Below the pieces are notes generated by a model that made no database searches, was not told the DNA's origin, and saw only the letters and a program-made list of their open reading frames with translations. Source: an uncultured Gammaproteobacteria bacterium (GTDB taxonomy: Bacteria > Patescibacteriota > Patescibacteriia > PEXW01). From it: a stretch of DNA of 64,000 nucleotides. The position numbers and the translations under genes are program-made. Each line of letters starts with the position of its first letter. Within the stretch, counting starts at the first letter, position 1. The stretch spans positions 1,656-65,655 of the forward strand of contig CAZAMC010000002.1 in the NCBI GenBank assembly GCA_964486505.1, written 5' to 3'. This document shows, in pieces, positions 7,893 to 16,988 of this stretch.

Positions 7893-9929
7893 ATGGCTAT
7901 GGCCACGTACGTCCTCAAGCGTAAGCCACTTACCGACCTAAAAATTGCCTACAGCCAGGAGCTCAACGCCGAGCAGCTGGACGTGGTTGAGCACGGCGAT
8001 GGGCACGTGTTGGTGCTGGCCGGTGCGGGCTCGGGCAAGACGCGAACAATTGTGTACCGCGTGGCGTGGCTACTGGAGCACGGTATCCGACCCGATCGTA
8101 TCCTGCTGGTGACCTTTACGAATAAGGCTGCCCGGGAAATGCTCACGCGGGTGCAAGAGTTGCTCGGCAACGTGCCCAGCCCAATTTGGGGCGGCACGTT
8201 CCACCACGTGGCCAATCGCATCCTGCGACAGTACGCCAAACTGGTGGGCCGCCAGTCGAACTTTACGATCCTTGACCAGGAAGATAGCCGGAGCCTGATC
8301 AGCGCCTGCGTGGCTGACCTAGACATCGACACCACGCAGAAGCGTTTCCCTGCGCCCAGCGTGCTGCAGAATATGATTTCTTTCTCGCGCAATACCCAGC
8401 GGGACCTTCAGGATATTGTGGCCGAGCAGTTGCCGAATTTCAATCACGTCGCCGAAAAGGTGCAGGCCGTGGCCACGCGGTACGCCGAGCGCAAGGAGAA
8501 GCAGAATGCCATGGACTTCGACGACCTCTTGGTGCTCATGCTGCGCTTACTCACGGAGCACGCCCACGTGCGGGAGAAGTTGCAGGAGCAGTTCCAGTAC
8601 GTGCTCGTTGATGAATTCCAAGATACCAACGCCTTGCAAGGTGAACTCGTCCGGCACCTCTCGGGTAAGCACGGTAATCTTTTGGTGGTGGGGGATGATA
8701 GCCAGAGCATCTACGCCTTTCGGGGGGCAGACATCCAGAACATCTTGCAATTCCCCAAAGATTTCCCCGATGCCCGACAGTTCAAGCTGCAGATGAACTA
8801 CCGGTCACTCCCTGAAATTCTCCACGTGGCAAATGTCGTGATTGCGAATAATCGTGAGCAGTTCCAGAAAGAATTGCAGCCGGCTAGGCCCAGTGGGGAC
8901 AAGCCGCAGCTCGTGCCGTGCCGTGACGACAATCAGGAGGCGGCGTTCATTGCGCAGCGCGTCCTTGAGATGCAGGAGCAGGGGCTGAAGCTCGCCAACA
9001 TCGCCGTACTCGTGCGAGCCGTGAGTCACACGCAGACGCTGGAATTCGAGCTCGCGCAGCGCGACATTCCCTACATCGTCCGTGGCGGTTTGCGTTTTTT
9101 TGAACGCGCACACATTAAAGACGTGATTGCGTACTGCAAACTCTTGGCCAACCCCCAAGATGAAGTGGCATGGATTCGAGCGATGACGCTGCACGTTGGG
9201 ATCGGCCCCAAGACGGCCGCGACGGCGTTCGCGTACAGTCGGGAGTCGGGATCGGACTTGCGTACCCTCGACCTTTCGAAACTGGCCGACAAGCGCTCGA
9301 GCCGCGGGGTCGCTGCTTTCCAAAATGTCCTCACGCAGCTCCTCAAGGTCGGCGTGACTGACGAGAAGAAAGGCGTCACTTTTGCCCCGCAGGACCTCAT
9401 TCGCGTGGTGGCCACGGGTGACTACGTCGATTATTTGCGCAGCCAGTACACGGATGCGAGTGAACGCCTGCAGGACTTGGAGCAGCTCGCGCTCTTCGCC
9501 AGCAAGTACAAGTCGCTCGATAGTTTCCTCTCCGACGTCAGCTTGCAAGAAGCCTTCAGTGCCGGCGCGGTCGGGGGTGAGCAGGATGATGCCATGGTGC
9601 TCTCTACTATTCACCAGGCAAAAGGTTTGGAGTGGGAAGCGGTTTTTGTGCCGCGCCTCGTAGAAGGTGGTTTCCCGAACGCTCGGGCCCTGGATGAAGA
9701 TGGCGGGACCGAAGAAGAACGACGGCTCTTCTACGTGGCGGTCACGCGGGCCAAGACGTTCCTGACGCTCACATACCCGCTCGTGATAAACCCCACGGGT
9801 TCCATGATTCTTACCCGGCCTTCCCGTTTTGTAGACGAAATTCCCGCCAGTTTTGTCGAGCGCGTGGACGTGCAGGAAGAGCAGGCGAGTGGGGATTGGG
9901 ACGGGACCGATCGGATTATCAACTTGTAG
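7893..9929 (+). CDS. UvrD/PcrA-family SF1 DNA helicase
   Basis: AGAGSGKT, TFTNKAA, DEFQDTN, VGDDSQSIYAFRGA, NYRS, STIHQAKGLEW, EEERRLFYVAVTRAK. Confidence 0.95.
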   Translation: MAMATYVLKRKPLTDLKIAYSQELNAEQLDVVEHGDGHVLVLAGAGSGKTRTIVYRVAWLLEHGIRPDRILLVTFTNKAAREMLTRVQELLGNVPSPIWGGTFHHVANRILRQYAKLVGRQSNFTILDQEDSRSLISACVADLDIDTTQKRFPAPSVLQNMISFSRNTQRDLQDIVAEQLPNFNHVAEKVQAVATRYAERKEKQNAMDFDDLLVLMLRLLTEHAHVREKLQEQFQYVLVDEFQDTNALQGELVRHLSGKHGNLLVVGDDSQSIYAFRGADIQNILQFPKDFPDARQFKLQMNYRSLPEILHVANVVIANNREQFQKELQPARPSGDKPQLVPCRDDNQEAAFIAQRVLEMQEQGLKLANIAVLVRAVSHTQTLEFELAQRDIPYIVRGGLRFFERAHIKDVIAYCKLLANPQDEVAWIRAMTLHVGIGPKTAATAFAYSRESGSDLRTLDLSKLADKRSSRGVAAFQNVLTQLLKVGVTDEKKGVTFAPQDLIRVVATGDYVDYLRSQYTDASERLQDLEQLALFASKYKSLDSFLSDVSLQEAFSAGAVGGEQDDAMVLSTIHQAKGLEWEAVFVPRLVEGGFPNARALDEDGGTEEERRLFYVAVTRAKTFLTLTYPLVINPTGSMILTRPSRFVDEIPASFVERVDVQEEQASGDWDGTDRIINL

Positions 9930-9941
9930 AAAGAGAGCCTG

Positions 9942-10493
9942 TCAGGATGACAGGCTCTGCAAACGGGCGGTGGTTTCGGTGGGTGCCCACGGTGCCGTGG
10001 GAGTTTGCCGTTGGTACACGGCCAATTTTGCAATGGTGAAGCGCGTTCCATCGGGCGTGAGTGACTTCTTCAAGAAGTCCAGCGCCGACACCAGCAGCGT
10101 GTGCGGGACCGGGCGGGCGATGGTGACGTGGAACGTCGGTGAAGCGCTCACCAGCGATATGAGCGGCGGGAACATGCCCAGGATATCTTGGCGGGCACGC
10201 ATGAGGCCGGCGCACTCGCACTTGAGGTAGAGGACATTCCCGCCTCGATTCGCGAACGCGCCGTACCCGGCAACGGTGACGGTGCCCCGGTCCACGGGGC
10301 GGCCGTCAATGCGCTCCAGGTCCTCGTCGGTGAGGAGGTGGGCGACGGGCTCGACAACCGTAATGTGTGGAGGGATTTTGGAATCAATCAGGCGGAGCTG
10401 CGGGAATTTTGCGCGGAAGGCGCGGCGCAGCGCGAGAACGTCCCGGGCGAATTCGTCTGGCACAAGCCCGACAACAATCGTTTGGTACGCCAT
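9942..10493 (-). CDS. 2H phosphoesterase (2'-5' RNA ligase family)
   Basis: Two HxT motifs (PPHITV, FHVTIA); GGAGG SD upstream of ATG 10493. Confidence 0.8.
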   Translation of the reverse strand: MAYQTIVVGLVPDEFARDVLALRRAFRAKFPQLRLIDSKIPPHITVVEPVAHLLTDEDLERIDGRPVDRGTVTVAGYGAFANRGGNVLYLKCECAGLMRARQDILGMFPPLISLVSASPTFHVTIARPVPHTLLVSALDFLKKSLTPDGTRFTIAKLAVYQRQTPTAPWAPTETTARLQSLSS

Positions 10494-10596
10494 AGGTGGC
10501 TTTCCTCCGTGAAAGGTAAATGATTTGGTTTTCATGCCTACCCTATCGAGTTGGGTGGGAATGTCAATGCACGGCCTCGTGCGGTAGAATAGGAGC

Positions 10597-11433
10597 ATGG
10601 CTGACTCCTTGCTGCTCTGGGTCTACGTGGTGTTCATTGCGGCTATTGTCGTTGCGGGAGTGTACCGTAAACTTCGGCGGTTCGTGGGTGACCATGACTC
10701 GAGTGCCGAGCTCCAAAGTCTTGCCACGAGCATTCACGTGCGTGAGTGGGCAAAGCAGCACGGGCTACGGTACTTCAATATTGGCAACCAGCTCCGCCAA
10801 GCTGCGCGGATGGAAGCCAATCGGGAGAAAGATTTTTTTCGGGCTGACCTCGCCATGACCATGGAGGACGATGGTCCGTACGTCGAAGGGGCGGTGCATG
10901 GCCGGAACGTATGGCTCTACGTAAGTGTCGGCCGTCCGCGTCCCGGGAGCTTACACACCATCACCCGCGATCGAGAAGTAGAAGTGCCGACACTGTCTCG
11001 AGCCGGTATGCTGAGCTCATTCTTGAACGGCTCCTCAGGAATGCAAACCGTGCGTCAGGCGCAGCAGGTGCTGTACGCCTGGTGCTTGGAAATTGGCACC
11101 AACCCCATCCCGCACCACCTGCGTATTACCCGGCAGGGTTTGCAGGAGGCAGATGAGCTGGATACGGAGAGTCGGGCCTTTGAAGATCGGTATGACGTGA
11201 ACAACTTTGACGACAGTCTTTCGCTCCAGCTCCTCGACCCGCACATGATCCAGCTCGTTGAGGAATCGCGGGCCGACGCCATCGAATTTTCCGACAGCAG
11301 CGTGGTCATCTACGAACTGAGTCAGCACACCACGACAGCCGTGTTGGAGGCCCTCTTGGCCGCGGGCCTTCGCATTGCTGAGCAAGTTGACCGGAACTAC
11401 CCGTTGAGCAAGTATGCAAAGCATGGAGATTGA
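10597..11433 (+). CDS. Membrane-anchored hypothetical protein (DUF3137-like)
   Basis: N-terminal TM; WAKQHGLRY; ELDTESRAFEDRYDV...LQLLDP pattern. Confidence 0.7.
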   Translation: MADSLLLWVYVVFIAAIVVAGVYRKLRRFVGDHDSSAELQSLATSIHVREWAKQHGLRYFNIGNQLRQAARMEANREKDFFRADLAMTMEDDGPYVEGAVHGRNVWLYVSVGRPRPGSLHTITRDREVEVPTLSRAGMLSSFLNGSSGMQTVRQAQQVLYAWCLEIGTNPIPHHLRITRQGLQEADELDTESRAFEDRYDVNNFDDSLSLQLLDPHMIQLVEESRADAIEFSDSSVVIYELSQHTTTAVLEALLAAGLRIAEQVDRNYPLSKYAKHGD

Positions 11434-11974
11434 ACTTAAAGCCCGCGTCCGTTCGTTGGCCACACTGCGGCGCGCCTTACGCCAGTTGCACGCGCGGCGA
11501 TCTTCTTCCATCCACCAGGTAGACACCTACTACTCCCCGGAGCGGCGGCCACTCGATAAGCGGAAAGGCTACGTGCTCCGCGTTCGTGCAGAGCCGGGGA
11601 AGCGCCCTGGGCGATTTGAGCTCCACATTCCCAAGAATGCCTACGCTGCCGAAGAGCTGGAACTCACAGTGGATGACGTGCGGCTCCTCCAGAAACTGCT
11701 CCACCTGCTCCGCTTCCGGCGGGAGTTTGTCATCGATAAGCAGCGGGAAACCTACCGGCTCGGCCGTGTCACCATTGCCCTCGACGTCGTGCGCGGACTC
11801 GGAACGTTCGTGGAGGTGGAAATTCTCGGCGCAGATACAGCGGCCAATCGGGCAAAGTTACGCCGGGTCCTCGCCCAGCTCGGTGTCCGTGAGCCGGACA
11901 TGTGCTACAACTTGCACTACCACCAGATGGCCCTCCAGAAGCAGAAACGAAATCCAGCCCGTGCGTACTTCTAA
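11423..11974 (+). CDS. CYTH domain protein (class IV adenylate cyclase-like)
   Basis: MEIELKAR (ExExK), QVDTYY, LRVR, KQRETY, LDVVRGLGTFVEVE. Confidence 0.9.
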   Translation: MEIELKARVRSLATLRRALRQLHARRSSSIHQVDTYYSPERRPLDKRKGYVLRVRAEPGKRPGRFELHIPKNAYAAEELELTVDDVRLLQKLLHLLRFRREFVIDKQRETYRLGRVTIALDVVRGLGTFVEVEILGADTAANRAKLRRVLAQLGVREPDMCYNLHYHQMALQKQKRNPARAYF

Positions 11975-13259
11975 ACGATCAACATCGCCCGACCTCTTCG
12001 ACGAGCGCATCCAGCGGGACGTAGCGCATTTTGTGCCGTTGGCCGACCGCCTGCGCCCCACGAAGCTTGAGGACTACGTTGGGCAGGATGACATCATTGG
12101 CGAGGGTAAGCTCCTCCGCAAAGCCATTGAGAACGATGAGCTCTTTTCTATTATCTTCTGGGGGCCACCCGGCAGCGGTAAGACCACGCTCGCACGCATC
12201 ATTGCGAACCTCACCAAGTCCCGTTTCGAGCAAATGTCAGCGGTCACCAGCGGCATTGCCGACTTGCGGCGGATAGTGGAGGCGGCCGCTGAGCGCCGGA
12301 AGTTTCACGGCGAGCGCACCATTCTGTTCGTTGATGAAATTCATCGGTGGAATAAGGCGCAACAGGATGCATTCTTGCCTGCCGTCGAAAACGGCACAGT
12401 GGTTCTGATCGGTGCCACCACGGAGAACCCGTCGTTCGAGGTCATTAGTCCGCTGCTCTCCCGCTCGCGCGTGTTCGTGCTCAAACGTCTGGGCGTGCCC
12501 GAGCTTTCCAAAATTGTGAAGCGCGCCCTCGCGGACAGCGTCGTCGGCCTTGGGAAAGAGAAAGTGAGATTAGCGGCCAAGGCCCTTGATTTGCTACTGA
12601 GTGCAGGCAATGGTGATGCGCGCACTGTGCTGAATGCCTTGGAAATTGCCGTGAAAGCTGCGTCGAAAGACAAAACTGGCGTGAAGCACGTCAGCCTGGT
12701 GGACATGGAAGATGCCTTGCAACACAAGGCCCTGCAGTACGATAAGCACGGCGAGGAGCACTACAACGTTATTTCGGCGTTCATCAAGAGCATGCGCGGA
12801 TCAGACCCCGATGGCGCGCTGTACTGGCTTAACCGGATGGTGGAGGCGGGGGAGGACCCGGAGTTCATTGCGCGGCGCATGGTGGTGTTCGCCTCGGAAG
12901 ATGTTGGCTTGGCCGACCCGCAGGCGTTGCAGGTTGCCGTTGCCGTATTCAACGCCGTGAAACTCATTGGCTATCCTGAGTGCCAGATCACCTTAGGGCA
13001 CGGCGTGGTGTACCTCGCGCTCGCCCCAAAGGACAATACGGCCTACGCCGGCCTGCTCGCAGCCAAGGAGGACGTCCACGCGACCATGAACGAACCCGTG
13101 CCGTTGCACCTGCGCAATGCGGTAACGGATCTGAATAAAAGCCTAGGGTACGGCAAAGAGTACAAATATTCTCACGACTACACGCCGGAAGCAGGGAAGC
13201 AGGAGTACTTGCCCAAGAAGCTGAAAGGGAAGAGGTACTTCAGCCCGAAAGCAAAGTAA
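11961..13259 (+). CDS. rarA: Replication-associated recombination protein A (RarA/MgsA AAA+ ATPase)
   Basis: PLADRLRP, WGPPGSGKTT, DEIHRWNKAQQD, GATTENPSF, SAFIKSMRGSDPD; GTG 11961 is the likely start. Confidence 0.93.
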   Translation: MRTSKRSTSPDLFDERIQRDVAHFVPLADRLRPTKLEDYVGQDDIIGEGKLLRKAIENDELFSIIFWGPPGSGKTTLARIIANLTKSRFEQMSAVTSGIADLRRIVEAAAERRKFHGERTILFVDEIHRWNKAQQDAFLPAVENGTVVLIGATTENPSFEVISPLLSRSRVFVLKRLGVPELSKIVKRALADSVVGLGKEKVRLAAKALDLLLSAGNGDARTVLNALEIAVKAASKDKTGVKHVSLVDMEDALQHKALQYDKHGEEHYNVISAFIKSMRGSDPDGALYWLNRMVEAGEDPEFIARRMVVFASEDVGLADPQALQVAVAVFNAVKLIGYPECQITLGHGVVYLALAPKDNTAYAGLLAAKEDVHATMNEPVPLHLRNAVTDLNKSLGYGKEYKYSHDYTPEAGKQEYLPKKLKGKRYFSPKAK

Positions 13260-13303
13260 AACCGACCCGTGAGGATCGGTTCTTCATAACGAGCGAGCGT
13301 TCT

Positions 13304-13996
13304 TTACGGCCGGGCGAGGTCGCCTTTTTCCACGTACTTCGTGATGCGATCCAGCTCCGCCTTGATGAGCTCCAGCGTAACCGGGAAGTGGATGGGGCCT
13401 GCCAAGGGGACGGGCTCCACCGTGAATTCACAGATTTCCTCAAAGCACTTTTTGGCAGTGAGGTAGATTCGCGGCACGTGGTAGGCCGAGGTTACTATCG
13501 TAACCTTGCCGTGCTTGTGGAATGCCTCTCTGAGCGCGGGCGTGTCTGCAATGGTTGTGAACTGCGTTAGGGTATTGCCCACTCGGCGGTTGCCGCAGTT
13601 GATGGCGCGGATGCGCTTGGCCGGATAATACCGTTTCGCCAGCTCAAGCAGCGCGTAGAGCTGCTGCGTTTCAGCGTTAATGTACAGCAGCGGCAGGGTG
13701 TCCTGGTCGAGCTTGGGCGACAGCTTTTTCGGCAATTCGTCGAACCACTCGTCGCCGCTCAGTGCCTTTAGCTTGCAGAGGAATACCCCGAACAGGACGC
13801 GGGCGGTATTTTCTGGGTTATCCTCGACATGCTCTGCATCAGAGAGCGTCGGCGGAGCCGAGACCACCATAACCGCGTCGCCGACGATTGCTGGATTATC
13901 AATGTCGTCAGCTCCGATTCGGGCCGCATCTTCCAGTGTCGTGGCAAACATTTCCATGATCGTCGCCAGCTCTTGGTTGGTTACCGTACTTGTCAA
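13304..13996 (-). CDS. YdcF/ElyC/SanA (DUF218)-like protein
   Basis: GNTLTQF and IVTSAYHVPR motifs; GGAGGT SD; TTGACC-N17-TAGGGT promoter (14067-14039). Confidence 0.7.
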   Translation of the reverse strand: MTSTVTNQELATIMEMFATTLEDAARIGADDIDNPAIVGDAVMVVSAPPTLSDAEHVEDNPENTARVLFGVFLCKLKALSGDEWFDELPKKLSPKLDQDTLPLLYINAETQQLYALLELAKRYYPAKRIRAINCGNRRVGNTLTQFTTIADTPALREAFHKHGKVTIVTSAYHVPRIYLTAKKCFEEICEFTVEPVPLAGPIHFPVTLELIKAELDRITKYVEKGDLARP

Positions 13997-14071
13997 AGAT
14001 GACCTCCGTAGGTTTGTGGTTGTTTTTCGTAGCCTGGTACCCTATCATTACGTTGGCTGGAGGTCAATCTT

Positions 14072-14434
14072 ATGCCCCAACACCCCAAGAAAGTATTTGA
14101 GAGCAAACGTTCTACCGGCGACCGGATCGCCGGGGCGATTGCGAATTTCACCGGCAACATGCGTTTCGTATGGTGGCACGCATTTCTTTTTGTGCTGTGG
14201 ATTGGCTTGAACCTCCTCGGGGGCGAATATGCCTGGGACCCGTACCCCTTCAACTTCCTCACCATGATTGTATCCTTGGAAGCCATCTTCCTTTCCACGT
14301 TCGTGCTCATTGCGCAGAATCAGGAATCGAAGCGCAACGAGATTCGGGAACAGCTCGACTACGAAGTAAATGTGAAAGCCGAAAAAGAAATTCAGGAAAT
14401 CAAGCAGGCGGTTCAGAAGTTAGGGAAGGAGTAA
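14072..14434 (+). CDS. DUF1003 membrane protein
   Basis: DRIA...FTG, WIGLN, DPYPFNFLTMIVSLEAIFLSTFVLIAQN, DYEVNVKAE. Confidence 0.9.
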   Translation: MPQHPKKVFESKRSTGDRIAGAIANFTGNMRFVWWHAFLFVLWIGLNLLGGEYAWDPYPFNFLTMIVSLEAIFLSTFVLIAQNQESKRNEIREQLDYEVNVKAEKEIQEIKQAVQKLGKE

Positions 14435-14451
14435 TCATGCATGTGAACGGG

Positions 14452-14480
14452 TTGACCCGGATGGTTTTTTCTGGTATACT
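14452..14480 (+). promoter_or_regulatory. sigma70-type promoter of the DUF3048 gene
   Basis: TTGACC-N17-TATACT. Confidence 0.7.
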
Positions 14481-14495
14481 ACGTATTGTTCACAC

Positions 14496-15794
14496 ATGAA
14501 AAATCAAATGCAATACAACGTTCGCGCCGTGCTCCTCAGCGCCGTTCTCTGCGTTGGAATTTTTGCGTTTGCAAACAGCGCATCGGCAGTGGACCGCCCG
14601 CTCATCTATAGCCCTAAAGACGGCAACCTGCTGGACCAACCATTACAAGTGGTCGGGAACGTTCCAGTGAATTCCGTGGTGCGCATTACCGTGAATGGCA
14701 AAGTGCTTACGCGGGTGAATGTCCCTGCACCAAAAGTGAAGAAGGGGAAGAAGGTGCCCGCGACCACGTCGTTCACCTACACGCACAAGAAGACCTTAGG
14801 CACGGGTACGTACACATTTACGTTCCAGACCATTAAGGGGGCAGCCGTCAGTGAACTCACAACGCGAACCGTCACCGTGCCCGCGCAGTGGCGGCGGAAA
14901 GTGGATGGTACGCTTGTGCCAACCAAGGTCTGGAATCAGCTGCCGTACGCCGTCATGATTGAGAATACGCTCGCGGCCCGCCCGCAAGCCGGTTTGAGCC
15001 AAGCCGCCGTTGTGTACGAGACGTTGGCGGAGGGCGGCGTGACCCGCTTCATGGCAATTTTTCCGCAGGCAACGAAGCCCAAGTTACTCGGCCCCGTGCG
15101 TTCCTCCCGCCCGTACTACGTGGACTGGGCGAAGGAGCACGACGCCTTGTATTTGCATGCCGGTGGGAGCCACGATGCCTTTCAGGAAATTGGCCGCTTG
15201 AAAGTCCGCTCTTACGACGGCCTAACGCGTAACGGCGCGAAGTACTATTCCCGAAAATGCTACGGCGTGCACTGCCTGTTTACCAGCGCATCGCAACTCG
15301 ACAAACTCGTAAAGGAGAAAAAGCTCACAACTGTGGCGGCGAAGTCGAGTGAGGGCTGGGCCTTCAAGAATGACGTACCACTCAAAGATCGGCCGAAGCA
15401 CAGCAAGAAGTTGAGCATTGACTTCAACGGTCGGACGTACTTCGTGCAGTGGCAGTACGATCGCAAGTCCAACCGGTACAAGCGCTGGAACGGGTACGTG
15501 GTGGCCAAGGACCGCAACACGGGCAAGCAGATTACCGCCGCCAATGTCCTGGTTATGCGCATTCCCAAAGAAAAAGTGCTCGATCGGAAGTTGCGGTTGG
15601 AGTTCAAGCTCATTGGTCGGGGCGATGCCACGCTCTACCGCGACGGGAACGCTATCGCTCTGCGGTGGTGGAAGAAAGACAAGAATAGCCGGACCATTTA
15701 TTACTCCAAGAGCACTGGGAAGCCAATTGAGTTCAACCGCGGTACAACCTGGGTAGAAGTTGTTCCAGGCACGCGCAGCGTGACGTACAAGTAG
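14496..15794 (+). CDS. Secreted DUF3048 (YerB-like) domain protein
   Basis: Signal peptide; AVMIEN...ARPQAGLSQA.VVYE.LAEGGVTRF, GPVRSSR, HAGGS, GTTWVEVV. Confidence 0.9.
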   Translation: MKNQMQYNVRAVLLSAVLCVGIFAFANSASAVDRPLIYSPKDGNLLDQPLQVVGNVPVNSVVRITVNGKVLTRVNVPAPKVKKGKKVPATTSFTYTHKKTLGTGTYTFTFQTIKGAAVSELTTRTVTVPAQWRRKVDGTLVPTKVWNQLPYAVMIENTLAARPQAGLSQAAVVYETLAEGGVTRFMAIFPQATKPKLLGPVRSSRPYYVDWAKEHDALYLHAGGSHDAFQEIGRLKVRSYDGLTRNGAKYYSRKCYGVHCLFTSASQLDKLVKEKKLTTVAAKSSEGWAFKNDVPLKDRPKHSKKLSIDFNGRTYFVQWQYDRKSNRYKRWNGYVVAKDRNTGKQITAANVLVMRIPKEKVLDRKLRLEFKLIGRGDATLYRDGNAIALRWWKKDKNSRTIYYSKSTGKPIEFNRGTTWVEVVPGTRSVTYK

Positions 15795-15795
15795 T

Positions 15796-16197
15796 ATGAA
15801 GAAATATTTGTTTGTCATTTCTGCCGCACTTGTACTGTCTGGCTGTACATTCGGGCAGAAAGTTTCGAATACCGCAAGTGAAGCGGCGAGTGATGCAGGG
15901 ACCCTCGTGAACAAAGCCACGGGCGTAACCGACATTGCAATTAAGGAAGCTGCTGACCAGAAGTTTGCAATTGCTCGGGCCAAAGAATTCTACAGTTCGC
16001 TGCTCGCCCAAGGTGAAGATCTGACAAGTGGCCCTTGCCTAACGGATCGATTGACGCAAGGGTGGGCGGCGGATCTAGTGCACAGCCCCCGCACAACTGT
16101 GGATGACGAGTTCAAGAATCGTTGTCCAAGCGATGTCGCTGGTACGTCTAAAGTCGTAGAATTGGATTTGCAGGGCAACTTTGTGCGGGTGAAGTAG
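15796..16197 (+). CDS. Hypothetical lipoprotein
   Basis: MKKYLFVISAALVLSG-C lipobox; two further Cys. Confidence 0.8.
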   Translation: MKKYLFVISAALVLSGCTFGQKVSNTASEAASDAGTLVNKATGVTDIAIKEAADQKFAIARAKEFYSSLLAQGEDLTSGPCLTDRLTQGWAADLVHSPRTTVDDEFKNRCPSDVAGTSKVVELDLQGNFVRVK

Positions 16198-16232
16198 TTT
16201 TCCACAGGGCTGCGTTCAACTGGCTCTCTCCC

Positions 16233-16254
16233 CCCGCAAAAATGCGGGTTTTTT
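16233..16254 (+). terminator. Intrinsic terminator
   Basis: CCCGCA-aaaa-TGCGGG-TTTTTT. Confidence 0.7.
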
Positions 16255-16290
16255 CTTTGTTCACGAGGTGATTCCACGCTATACTAGAGA

Positions 16291-16384
16291 CCTGAAGAGC
16301 TTCGCTCTTCTCAACACCAACAACGCCAATACGGCACCCTGCTCATAAATTTCCGCCTTCTCCTCGTGAGAAGGCTTCTTTTTT
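16291..16384 (+). ncRNA. Candidate ~95-nt sRNA
   Basis: TTGTTC-N17-TATACT (16257-16285); 5' hairpin GAAGAGC-ttc-GCTCTTC; C/A-rich linker; terminator GCCTTCTC-ctcgt-GAGAAGGC-TTCTTTTTT; no ATG. Confidence 0.5.
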
Positions 16385-16400
16385 GTGCTAGGGTTTGGCT

Positions 16401-16988
16401 ATGCCTGTGCCCCGCATGCTCACCGTCGCCCGTTTCGCCTTTGGCCTCTGGATTCTGGTGGAGGTGTTGAGTTGGGCGAAGGTGCTCCCCCTGACTCTGG
16501 AATTTACCTGGCTGGGTTTGGTCATCACGGCGGTGGCGGCCTGGGCAGCGGTAGAAGTCATTTCGTGGCGCTTGCGGTTGGTGGGTGCGCGCAGCCTGTG
16601 GGCCGGTACGTTCCTGGCCGTTTTGGTAAGCCAGTGCACGGATGCTTTTGGGGACATCTTGCGTCTGTATGGCACGTATGGCTGGTATGATCAGGCCGCG
16701 CACTTCGTTGGCGGCGCGGTGGTCGCTCTCGTCTTCTTTGACATGTTGTCAGCTCTGCATGATGCGAAGCGCCTGACCATTGGCGTCCGTTTCCGCGGTA
16801 CGTTGAGCGTTCTGGGAGCAATGGCGCTGGGGTCGCTCTACGAACTGGAAGAGTATGGGGAGGACGTGCTTTTCAAGAGCAACCGTTTGGGCACCGCCTT
16901 CGATACTGGGAATGACATGTTTCTCAATACTCTCGGAGCCGTAGTACTCATGTTCTTACTGGTGCGTTACCTCCGGAAGCGACTATGA
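16401..16988 (+). CDS. Integral membrane protein (DUF2238/YjdF-like)
   Basis: Multiple TMs; WYDQAAHF, ELEEY, DTGNDMFLN motifs. Confidence 0.78.
   Translation: MPVPRMLTVARFAFGLWILVEVLSWAKVLPLTLEFTWLGLVITAVAAWAAVEVISWRLRLVGARSLWAGTFLAVLVSQCTDAFGDILRLYGTYGWYDQAAHFVGGAVVALVFFDMLSALHDAKRLTIGVRFRGTLSVLGAMALGSLYELEEYGEDVLFKSNRLGTAFDTGNDMFLNTLGAVVLMFLLVRYLRKRL

Noticed and set aside
11586-11960. Long N-terminal extensions in the ORF track (rarA 11586, rpoB 18951, rpoC 22483, capA 34594, folD 39741, 33513, 53020)
   Set aside because: They overlap other genes or UTRs and precede the family N-terminus; open frames are expected in GC-rich DNA.
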